In this document: one piece after another, positions 1-7,899 of the stretch | How the letters are laid out: each line of letters opens with the position of its first letter | How positions within the stretch are numbered: the first letter of the stretch is position 1 | Assembly: GCA_964426185.1 (NCBI GenBank) | Contig: CAYRPF010000067.1 | Location: 1-19,221 of the forward strand | DNA from: an uncultured archaeon | GTDB taxonomy: Archaea > Asgardarchaeota > Lokiarchaeia > Sigyniarchaeales > Promethearchaeaceae | Direction: 5' to 3' | DNA: 19,221 nt | Notes under the pieces: model-generated | What the model was told of the DNA's origin: nothing | Seen by the model: only the letters and a program-made list of their open reading frames with translations | Databases searched by the model: none | Made by a program: the position numbers and the translations under genes

Positions 1-651
1 ATGATTGCTTCTGAGCCCTTTTTGGGGGTTCACGCCGCTAAAGAATATCTGTTCTTCATTATTTTATCTCCAGTCGGTTCTTATTTCAAAGAGGGTTTCA
101 AACCAGTAAAAATAATGGTGGAAGATAATTACATCAGGGCGGCACCGGGTGGTGTTGGATTTGCTAAAACTGGTGGAAACTACGCTGCTTCCCTAAAAGC
201 GGGAGAAAAAGCAGCGGAGAAGGGTTTTTCCCAAGTTTTATGGTTAGACGCTGTGGAACGCAGATATATTGGTGAAGTAGGAGCTATGAATATTGCATTT
301 CGCATTAACGATGAAATTATCACTCCCGAGTTGGATGGAACCATTCTACCGGGAATTACACGTAGAAGTGTGATAGAATTTTGTAAAAAGCGCGATATTC
401 CCATCACCGAGCGAAAAATCACTATCGAGGAGGTCATCAACGCTGCGAAGGATGGATCATTAAAAGAATGTTTTGGTATGGGAACAGCAGCGGTTATTGC
501 CCCAGTAGGATTGATTCATTATCTAGGTCAAGATTACACCATAAATGATTTTGAAGTAGGGGAATACAGTAGGTTGCTGTTTGATGAAATTACCGGCATC
601 CAAAACGGAGAAAAAGAAGATATTTTCGGTTGGACCGAACCGGTTGAATAA
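1..651 (+). CDS. ilvE: Branched-chain amino acid aminotransferase (fold type IV PLP), 5'-truncated by the window edge
   Basis: AKTGGNYAAS (PLP lysine), QVLWLD, EVGAMN, ILPGITRRS and ECFGMGTAAVIAPV motifs. Aligns by eye to the C-terminal ~60% of the next ORF, so the Met at position 1 is internal. Confidence 0.93.
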   Translation: MIASEPFLGVHAAKEYLFFIILSPVGSYFKEGFKPVKIMVEDNYIRAAPGGVGFAKTGGNYAASLKAGEKAAEKGFSQVLWLDAVERRYIGEVGAMNIAFRINDEIITPELDGTILPGITRRSVIEFCKKRDIPITERKITIEEVINAAKDGSLKECFGMGTAAVIAPVGLIHYLGQDYTINDFEVGEYSRLLFDEITGIQNGEKEDIFGWTEPVE

Positions 652-672
652 AAAACAGCACAGTGAAAAAAC

Positions 673-1740
673 ATGCAGCTCAAATTTACCAAAGCGGTTG
701 AATTGAAACAACTGCCGGAAGACGACTCAAAACTCGGTTTCGGCCAAATCTTTACCGATCACATCCTTTACATGGAATTTGATCGTGCCAAAGGAGGTTG
801 GGGTCCGGCTGAAATACGACCCTATGGTTTACTCAATTTAGAACCAGGATCCGCCTGTTTACATTACGGCCAAATAGTATGGGATGGCTTGAAATGCTAC
901 CGTAGTGAAGATGGTTTGCGCTTGTTTCGACCGCGTGAAAATTTCAAACGTCTCAACTACAGCGCTCGCAGAATGTGCATGCCAGAAGTGGATGTGGAAT
1001 ACATGCTGGCTGCTTTAAAGGAATTACTGAAAGTAGAAGCCCGCTGGGTTCCCAAAACGCTGGGAACGTCTCTTTATATCCGCCCGTGTATGCTGGCATC
1101 CGAACCGTTTTTAGGGCTACATAAGGCTAATCGCTATATTCTATTCATAATGTTAAGCCCATCAGGACCTTATTTCAAAGAGGGTTTCAAACCCGTCAAA
1201 ATTTTAGTGGAAGATAAGTATGTTCGAGCAGCAATTGGGGGGACTGGAGAGGCAAAAACAGCAGGTAATTATGCAGCTTCTTTAAAGTCCACAGATGAAG
1301 CAATGGAAAAAGGTTTTTCTCAAACTCTCTGGTTGGATGCTTGCGAGCGAAAATATATCGAAGAGGTGGGAGCCATGAATATGGCATTTGTGATAAACGG
1401 TGAAGTAGTGACTCCTCCACTGAATGGATCGATTTTAGCAGGAATTACGCGGAAAAGCATTTTGGAAATCTGTAAACATTTAAATATTCCGGCCGTTGAA
1501 CGGAAAATATCGATTGGTGAGGTGATCAAAGGCATTCAGAATGGCAATTTAACTGAAGCTTTTGGCATGGGCACTGCAGCAATTATTGCACCAGTAGGAT
1601 CAATCTATTACAAAGAGAATAATTATACAATCAATAATTTTGAAGTAGGACCAATAGCTACTCAGTTATATCAAGAATTAACAGGAATTCAATATGGTTC
1701 TAAGCCAGATATCTTCGGGTGGATTGAAAAAGTGGAATGA
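673..1740 (+). CDS. ilvE: Branched-chain amino acid aminotransferase, second tandem copy
   Basis: LGFGQIFTDH, LHYGQ..GLK, LFRP..N..RL..SA.R.CMP, SLYIRP, AKTAGNYAAS, ILAGITRKS and GTAA motifs; full length, 355 aa. Confidence 0.95.
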   Translation: MQLKFTKAVELKQLPEDDSKLGFGQIFTDHILYMEFDRAKGGWGPAEIRPYGLLNLEPGSACLHYGQIVWDGLKCYRSEDGLRLFRPRENFKRLNYSARRMCMPEVDVEYMLAALKELLKVEARWVPKTLGTSLYIRPCMLASEPFLGLHKANRYILFIMLSPSGPYFKEGFKPVKILVEDKYVRAAIGGTGEAKTAGNYAASLKSTDEAMEKGFSQTLWLDACERKYIEEVGAMNMAFVINGEVVTPPLNGSILAGITRKSILEICKHLNIPAVERKISIGEVIKGIQNGNLTEAFGMGTAAIIAPVGSIYYKENNYTINNFEVGPIATQLYQELTGIQYGSKPDIFGWIEKVE

Positions 1741-1777
1741 TGAAATTTTTTTGTTTTTATATCTTACAATTCCATTT

Positions 1778-2878
1778 TTAACTTTTTTTCATTTTAGATT
1801 TCAATTTCTTATTATTTCTCCCAAATGGAATTAACTTCCGAGGATCATAAGCTTCTAATCCTTCCCAAACAGCCGAATAAACGCTTTCTGTAAATTTAAA
1901 CCCCAAATTGCGGATCTTCTCGGAAACATATTCATAAGAGAATTCCATATATTCCAAGGCTGTTGGAGACAAAATAGTTTGAGTGAACTCAGATTTCTGG
2001 CCGCAAAATCGAATAAAGGTTAGCAACGGCTTGAACATCAAAAAAAGCCATAATGGAATATTAAACTTGGGCGGAGGTCTTTGATAATACTCTGCAACGA
2101 TATTGAATAATTGATAAAAATTCCAAGGCTCATGTGCAATATTGAATGCTTGCCCGGAATATGAATTCCCATTTTTCACTAAAAATACTTGAGCTCTTGC
2201 TACATCGCGTGCAGCAGTTAATGAAATTTGACCTTTCCCATGGTTGATAAGTTTTGGCAGGGGAAGGGCAAATGCATGAGTCAGAGAAGGAATCATCTGT
2301 CGATCGCCCTTTCCGATGATGGGTCCAAGTCGAGTAATTAAGAATGATTTAGAAGGATAGGAAGCTGCAAATTTTTTTACCAGATCTTCAGCCAATCGTT
2401 TGGTAACTGCATATGGGACATCTTTTCCCTTTTCTTTAGCACCGATGGGAGATTTTTCAGTAAATTTTATCACCTTATTGCGTTTTCGCAGATTTTTATG
2501 GTCATAAACGATAATACTGGAAGTGTGGATAAAAGTCTTGGCAGAAGAATCACAGAAGGCCTCCAACAAATTTTTAGTACCGAGGACGTTAGTGCGGTAC
2601 ATTTCATCAAAAGATGAATGAACCGAAACACAAGCGGCGAGATGAAAGACAAATTCCACCGTATACTCTTGAAAGATGCGAGAGAGAATTTCTTTGTCAG
2701 ATAAATCACCTTGAATTATTTTTACACCTAAACTTTGAAGATCTATCGCTTTGGCAGGAGTTCTCACCAAACATATGAGGTCTTCATGAGAACTTAGGTG
2801 AATATGCTTTTGTTCCAGCAGATATTGAACCAAGTTACCTCCGACTAGTCCTGTTGCGCCAGTTACAAATATTGCCAT
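1778..2878 (-). CDS. Extended SDR, NAD(P)-dependent epimerase/dehydratase / 3beta-hydroxysteroid dehydrogenase-like
   Basis: TGATGLVG Rossmann motif, GDLSD, FHLAA, NVLGT, HTSS and catalytic YAVTK (YxxxK); hydrophobic IPLWLFLMF patch near the C-terminus as in 3beta-HSD/NSDHL/HpnA-like enzymes. Exact substrate not determinable. Confidence 0.8.
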   Translation of the reverse strand: MAIFVTGATGLVGGNLVQYLLEQKHIHLSSHEDLICLVRTPAKAIDLQSLGVKIIQGDLSDKEILSRIFQEYTVEFVFHLAACVSVHSSFDEMYRTNVLGTKNLLEAFCDSSAKTFIHTSSIIVYDHKNLRKRNKVIKFTEKSPIGAKEKGKDVPYAVTKRLAEDLVKKFAASYPSKSFLITRLGPIIGKGDRQMIPSLTHAFALPLPKLINHGKGQISLTAARDVARAQVFLVKNGNSYSGQAFNIAHEPWNFYQLFNIVAEYYQRPPPKFNIPLWLFLMFKPLLTFIRFCGQKSEFTQTILSPTALEYMEFSYEYVSEKIRNLGFKFTESVYSAVWEGLEAYDPRKLIPFGRNNKKLKSKMKKS

Positions 2879-2956
2879 AATTGTCAGAATCCTATCGTTT
2901 CCTTCAGCATCAAAGAAGTTATAAGCGAAATCGGATGTTTCCAGCCGATTTAAGGC

Positions 2957-2983
2957 AAATCTACATATTTTTTATGTAGATTT
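2957..2983. promoter_or_regulatory. Perfect 11-bp inverted repeat (AAATCTACATA-N5-TATGTAGATTT), putative operator in a divergent promoter
   Basis: Read directly: arms 2957-2967 and 2973-2983, mid-way in the 171-bp gap between divergent genes. A second, imperfect repeat (AAATCGGATG-TTTC-CAGCCGATTT) lies at 2928-2951. Function is inferred. Confidence 0.5.
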
Positions 2984-3049
2984 AAGAATTTCCTTCCCGA
3001 TAGCATTATTAAAGAGGAAAGCCTCCATTAAATATTGTATTATTTTTAG

Positions 3050-3844
3050 GTGGAGAAAATAGTGAATATTTTTGGATTTTTAGGATTTAATGAGTCTTTG
3101 TTTCATGAAATTTTAAAATACACAATGATAGGACTCGGAGTTATCGTTTTTATTATGCTTTTCTTCATCACTGCAGGATATGGTAGATATATTGATAAAA
3201 AGTGGGGGCCACAAATAAATAATAAACTGGGTTGGTTTATAATGGAGACAGTTCCCCCTATACTCTTTTTTATTTTTTTCATTATTAGTGATCGTAAAAC
3301 TGAATTGATTTATCTCGTATTTTTAGGAATTTGGGAAATCCATTATGTTCAGCGGGCTTTTATATATCCTTTTTTAATTCGTGGTAATAAAAAGATGCCC
3401 TTAACCATAATAGCAATGGGGATAACATTTAATGGTTTGAATGCTTACATCCAAGGCCGCTATCTTTTCTATATTATGCCCGGATATCCCGAAAATTGGC
3501 TAATCTCGCCTTTTTTTATCATCGGAACGATAATTTGGATTTGTGGATTTATTATTAACATCTATTCTGACTATATTTTAAGAAATTTAAGAGAACCAGG
3601 AGAAAACGGGTATAAAATCCCTTATGGGGGGCTTTTTCGATTTGTATCATGCCCAAATTATTTAGGAGAGATTCTAGAATGGATTGGTTGGGCCGTTCTG
3701 ACTTGGAGCATTTCTGGTCTTGTATTCGCGCTTTGGACCATTGCAAATTTAATACCCCGTGCAATTTCACACCACCGATGGTATCACCAACATTTTGAAG
3801 AATACCCCCAAAATCGAAAGGCAATCATCCCGTTCATACTTTAA
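3050..3844 (+). CDS. 3-oxo-5-alpha-steroid 4-dehydrogenase (steroid 5-alpha-reductase, SRD5A1/2/DET2-like), integral membrane
   Basis: AGYGRY, WFIME, HYVQRAFIYP, SDYILRNLR, GYKIPYGGLFRFVSCPNYLGEILEW and NLIPRAISHHRWY..F.EYP.NRKAIIPF are SRD5A-family signatures; multiple hydrophobic segments; GTG start. Confidence 0.92.
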   Translation: MEKIVNIFGFLGFNESLFHEILKYTMIGLGVIVFIMLFFITAGYGRYIDKKWGPQINNKLGWFIMETVPPILFFIFFIISDRKTELIYLVFLGIWEIHYVQRAFIYPFLIRGNKKMPLTIIAMGITFNGLNAYIQGRYLFYIMPGYPENWLISPFFIIGTIIWICGFIINIYSDYILRNLREPGENGYKIPYGGLFRFVSCPNYLGEILEWIGWAVLTWSISGLVFALWTIANLIPRAISHHRWYHQHFEEYPQNRKAIIPFIL

Positions 3845-3927
3845 ATCAAGAGAAATCAACAGTTATTATAGTTATTATTCCAAGAAGTTATATAATATAT
3901 AAATATAAAAAAGGAAAACAGAGAAAT

Positions 3928-4575
3928 TTAAAAATTTAAAAATCGGCGCAAATCTTCTTCGGTATAAGACATGGTGCGAGTTCCATCAATTTTTTGCACT
4001 AACCCATCACGTTTAGAATAGTAGTCAATTACGGCTTCAGATTGACTGAGGTAAGTGTTCCAACGTTTTTCAAAAGTTTCTTCATTGTCATCAGAGCGTT
4101 GCACCAATTTTGAATCTGGACAAACATCACAATAGCCTTCTTTTTTAGGTTTTAGCTCATCGTTGTAGATATTGTAGATCTTTCCGCATTTAGGACAGCT
4201 GCGGCGGCCTAAAATTCGTTTCTTTAAATCTTCTTTGGCAATTTCGATAACCACCACTACATCCAGGGAAGCAATCTCATCCAACGCTTTGGCTTGATCT
4301 AAAGTACGGGGAAATCCATCTAACATGAAGCCATTTTCCTTAACATCATCTTGATCAATCCGATCCTTTACCATTCCGATTACAACACTATCTGGGACTA
4401 ATTGACCCGCATCAATGTAGCTTTTGGCTTCTTTACCAATGGGAGTTCCGTTTTTAATGTTTGCTCGGAATAAATCCCCGGTACTAATGTGGACCACGGG
4501 ACTGAATTTCTTTATTTTTGCAGCTAATGTGCCTTTGCCGGCTCCTGGTGCTCCGAATAATACTATATTTGTCAT
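3928..4575 (-). CDS. adk: Adenylate kinase with Zn-binding LID domain
   Basis: GAPGAGKGT P-loop, HISTGDLFR, GQLVPD, LDGFPRT, LID CPKC...CDVC, QRSDD. Start placed at ATG 4575 because it immediately precedes the first beta-strand; 4587 or 4596 are possible. Confidence 0.95.
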   Translation of the reverse strand: MTNIVLFGAPGAGKGTLAAKIKKFSPVVHISTGDLFRANIKNGTPIGKEAKSYIDAGQLVPDSVVIGMVKDRIDQDDVKENGFMLDGFPRTLDQAKALDEIASLDVVVVIEIAKEDLKKRILGRRSCPKCGKIYNIYNDELKPKKEGYCDVCPDSKLVQRSDDNEETFEKRWNTYLSQSEAVIDYYSKRDGLVQKIDGTRTMSYTEEDLRRFLNF

Positions 4576-4707
4576 CGTTCTTTCCATCCTTTCCATTCAC
4601 ATCTCAATAACCGGAGAAAGTGAATAATATATTAAAGGGGTAATTCATAACAGTGTTACGGAATAAAAAAAATTTCGTAATATTTCTCGCCTCAACTGAG
4701 AAGATTC

Positions 4708-6060
4708 GTGAAAATTATGTCAATTAGTGATAAAATCCTCGCTGCCCATATCAAACTGCCACAATCCAAGGTTTCTCCCGGTGAATTCATACAAACCACT
4801 ATAGACTACGTAATGGTTCATGAACAACTCGGTGGTAGAATAGCCCCAGAATACGTAAAATTAAATTTAGATAAAGTTTGGGATCCCGAAAAAGTTGTTT
4901 TCATTTTAGATCATTGGGTTCCTCCCCCAGATATCAGAGCTGCAAAAATGCATCAACGTGCCAATGATTTTGCGCAAAAATATCAGTTTAAATGGATTTT
5001 AGGACAACGACAAGGCATATGTCATCAAGTTCTTCCCGAATTCGGATTTGCTCAACCAGGAAAACTTATAGTTGGTTCTGATTCACATACTACTACATAT
5101 GGGGCATTTAATTGTTTCAGTACGGGTATTGGGGCTACAGATGTGGTTACTTTATTTGCTACTGGCGAATTATGGTTTCGAGTACCAGAAACTATTCGAG
5201 TAAATTTTGAAGGATCTCTGAGCCCTTCCGTAATGGGAAAAGATGTCGTTTTGCAAATGCTGCGTGATTTCAAAACAGATGGAGCCATTTATGATGGTTT
5301 TGAATTTGGAGGAGCAGGGTTGCAACATATTTCTATTGATTCTCGGATGACCATCTCGAACATGGTGGTGGAGATGGGCGCCAAATGCGGGATCTTTGAA
5401 GGTGATAACATCTTAAAAACTTGGTTGGCAGAGCACCCCGAGCCAAAATCGCGGAATGAAATTGAACTACCGATCGATAACAAATTTCCCACAAGCGGTC
5501 AAAATCCTTCTAACAATACTACTCCAAAATTTATTACCCCAGAACAAGATTATACTTATAAAAAAACCATTTCTTATGACCTTTCTACCGTAGAACCGAT
5601 GATTGCGCGCCCATATAGTCCAGATAATGTTATTCCAGTGTCCGAAATGGAACCAATCGAATTAGACGAAGCCTTTTTGGGATCTTGCACCAATGGACGC
5701 TTAGAAGATTTACGGATCGCAGCCCAAATTGTAAAGGGTCATCATGCTCCCAATGGTTTGAAGTTTATTGTTATTCCTGCCTCTCGCACCGTCTATTTAC
5801 AAGCGCTGCGTGAAGGATTAATTGAAATTTTCATTCAAGCAGGCGCTGTGGTGGAATACCCAACTTGTGGGCCTTGTATAGGAGGACATTTGGGCGTATT
5901 GGGGCCTAATGAAATTTGTATCAGCAGTTCCAATCGTAATTTTAAGGGGAGAATGGGTCATCCGACATCTCAAACTTATTTGGCATCATCAGCGACCGTT
6001 GCGGCTTCAGCTATCGAAGGGAAAATCACACCACCACCTAAAATCAATATGAAAAGTTGA
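4708..6060 (+). CDS. 3-isopropylmalate dehydratase / homoaconitase family large subunit (LeuC/HacA/DmdA-type)
   Basis: LDHWVP, GICHQV, GSDSHTTTYGA, GKD, TISNM..EMGAK, [4Fe-4S] ligands GSCTNGR and CGPCIGGH, SSNRNFKGRMG. Start may be ATG 4717. Substrate (leuC versus hacA) not resolvable. Confidence 0.92.
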   Translation: MKIMSISDKILAAHIKLPQSKVSPGEFIQTTIDYVMVHEQLGGRIAPEYVKLNLDKVWDPEKVVFILDHWVPPPDIRAAKMHQRANDFAQKYQFKWILGQRQGICHQVLPEFGFAQPGKLIVGSDSHTTTYGAFNCFSTGIGATDVVTLFATGELWFRVPETIRVNFEGSLSPSVMGKDVVLQMLRDFKTDGAIYDGFEFGGAGLQHISIDSRMTISNMVVEMGAKCGIFEGDNILKTWLAEHPEPKSRNEIELPIDNKFPTSGQNPSNNTTPKFITPEQDYTYKKTISYDLSTVEPMIARPYSPDNVIPVSEMEPIELDEAFLGSCTNGRLEDLRIAAQIVKGHHAPNGLKFIVIPASRTVYLQALREGLIEIFIQAGAVVEYPTCGPCIGGHLGVLGPNEICISSSNRNFKGRMGHPTSQTYLASSATVAASAIEGKITPPPKINMKS

Positions 6061-6067
6061 ATTTCAA

Positions 6068-6607
6068 ATGAAAACGAACGCTTCAGATAATATTTCAGAT
6101 TATCCGCCTATTCAAGGACGAATGTGGCGACTGGGTAATAATATTGATACCGATTTAATTGTTCCATCACATGTTCTCACAGCTTCAGACCAAAATACTT
6201 TGCTACAAGCAACTTTGGAATCGATTTTTCCCAATTTTACCAGTGAAGTTCGTTTAGGAGATATTATTGTGGCAGGCACCAATTTCGGTTGCGGATCGAG
6301 CCGAGAAGAAGCAGTTTTTGTGCTAAAAGAATTAGGAATTCGTGCAATAATTGCAGAATCATTTGCCCGTATTTTCTTCCGAAATGCAATAAATTTAGGG
6401 CTTCCTGCAATTAAGATGGAAAATTCTTCTATCTTGGGTCAACACCTGGAGATTATTAGAGTGAATTTATCCAAAGGTACGGTAAAAAATCTTAAAAGTG
6501 AGAAAAAATTCCAATTTGCTCCTTTCCCTTCATTTCTACTACAATTTATTATCAAAGGTGGCGCCATCCCACAAATTAAGGAAAAATTAGATCATTCTTT
6601 GAAGTAA
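6068..6607 (+). CDS. 3-isopropylmalate dehydratase / homoaconitase small subunit (LeuD/HacB-type)
   Basis: NIDTDLIVP, NFGCGSSREEA, AESFARIFFRNAINLGLP; begins 7 bp after the large subunit. Confidence 0.92.
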   Translation: MKTNASDNISDYPPIQGRMWRLGNNIDTDLIVPSHVLTASDQNTLLQATLESIFPNFTSEVRLGDIIVAGTNFGCGSSREEAVFVLKELGIRAIIAESFARIFFRNAINLGLPAIKMENSSILGQHLEIIRVNLSKGTVKNLKSEKKFQFAPFPSFLLQFIIKGGAIPQIKEKLDHSLK

Positions 6608-7182
6608 ATCCAAGAGGGTAAATTTTCTTCAATTTTAATCATATTATTATCGGGTATTACTTCATTTAAGAAATCGATCTGCCATCGAATAGAAACTAGG
6701 CAACCTCCTGGTTTTATCTGCTCCCAAATATGGCGGAATGCCTTCATGCATTTTGGAAACGGATATGCATAAACAACATCATATTTTGAAACATCAAAAG
6801 AAAATAAATCAGCTTCTATTATTTCAATTCTTTCCTTTAAATCCGATGGAACTTCTTCGCCGTTATTGTGGCGATTATCGAAATTGTGGTGATTATCGAG
6901 ATTATCGCGAGATATTTGCATGGTTTGAAGCATTTCCTCATTTATCTCCACTGCGGTGGCATACATTTCATAAAATGATGCCGCAAAAAAAACCACACGC
7001 CCATCACCAGCACCTAAATCCACTAATTTTTTACCATAGAGTGGACTTCTAAGGTTTAATGTTTCAAAGATTGCTTTAATGGTATCTTCCGGGGTGGGTA
7101 GAAATGGAAGATCCATTTGTGCTTGTTCTTTCCAAATTGGGGAATGAAAATACTCATTTCGCACCAATTTCATTTCCTTCAT
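6592..7182 (-). CDS. Class I SAM-dependent methyltransferase, resembling aKMT/FAM173-type protein lysine methyltransferases
   Basis: LPFLPTP pre-motif, LVDLGAGDGRVV motif I, AVEIN post-I, ADLF, YDVVYAY. Subfamily assigned from recalled motif similarity only. Confidence 0.75.
   Translation of the reverse strand: MKEMKLVRNEYFHSPIWKEQAQMDLPFLPTPEDTIKAIFETLNLRSPLYGKKLVDLGAGDGRVVFFAASFYEMYATAVEINEEMLQTMQISRDNLDNHHNFDNRHNNGEEVPSDLKERIEIIEADLFSFDVSKYDVVYAYPFPKCMKAFRHIWEQIKPGGCLVSIRWQIDFLNEVIPDNNMIKIEENLPSWIYFKE
6865..6907. repeat. Imperfect 18-bp tandem repeat inside the methyltransferase gene
   Basis: ATTGTGGCGATTATCGAA / ATTGTGGTGATTATCGAG / ATTATCG, encoding DNLDNHHNFDNRHN on the minus strand. 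Confidence 0.7.
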
Positions 7183-7227
7183 AAGTTATTCTTAGCATTC
7201 TTAGTATGATAACCAAAAAAATGTTCA

Positions 7228-7812
7228 TTAAAAAATTAACCGTAAAATTTCTTCTTCTAGATCTTTAGCACGCTGCAATTGAGTACGTAAAAAAGGTGTT
7301 TCTCCATATTTCAAAAACCATTTCTCGAATCGATGTTCAATAGTGACTTTTCGTGTTCCCATATGATATTTGTCTGCCAAGCAAACTAATTTCTCTTCAA
7401 TCGTTTGGGGACAAAAATTCCGAGCAGGAAGATTAAACATTACAGCTTCCTCGGCAGTTAAACCTGTTAAGGAATGAGTTTCAGCAATACGTGCAATAGA
7501 CTCGGAAAATCCTAAAAAACGAAGCAAAATTCCCCCTTCCACCCCATGACTCATACCATGTGTCTTATATCGGCCGATGTCATGTACCAAGGCTCCGACG
7601 CGAACAGTTTCTATATCAACATCGGTTTTAGTAATATTATAGGCTAAATCAAGGGCTTTTTTCATGACAGCAATCTGGTGATTTATGATATTAGAAGATA
7701 AATGCAGTTTTTTTAAGATTGTTAAAATAGTTTTTCGAGAAGGGAACGATCCAGGAGTAGAAAGTCGCAGTTTTGAAATGTAAGTCGGACTAAAATTATT
7801 TTCTTGTGTCAT
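7228..7812 (-). CDS. HD-domain (HDIG) phosphohydrolase, archaeal TIGR00295-like
   Basis: H..AV, LVHDIGR..THG..HG..GG, IAETH, P.T.EEKLVCLADK. Confidence 0.82.
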   Translation of the reverse strand: MTQENNFSPTYISKLRLSTPGSFPSRKTILTILKKLHLSSNIINHQIAVMKKALDLAYNITKTDVDIETVRVGALVHDIGRYKTHGMSHGVEGGILLRFLGFSESIARIAETHSLTGLTAEEAVMFNLPARNFCPQTIEEKLVCLADKYHMGTRKVTIEHRFEKWFLKYGETPFLRTQLQRAKDLEEEILRLIF

Positions 7813-7899
7813 GATCTAATTGTCCCAAACGAGTTATAATCGAATTATATTGTGATAAAGGAAAAAAGTTAAAATTATTAAGGAAAAAGGTCAAAAAAT

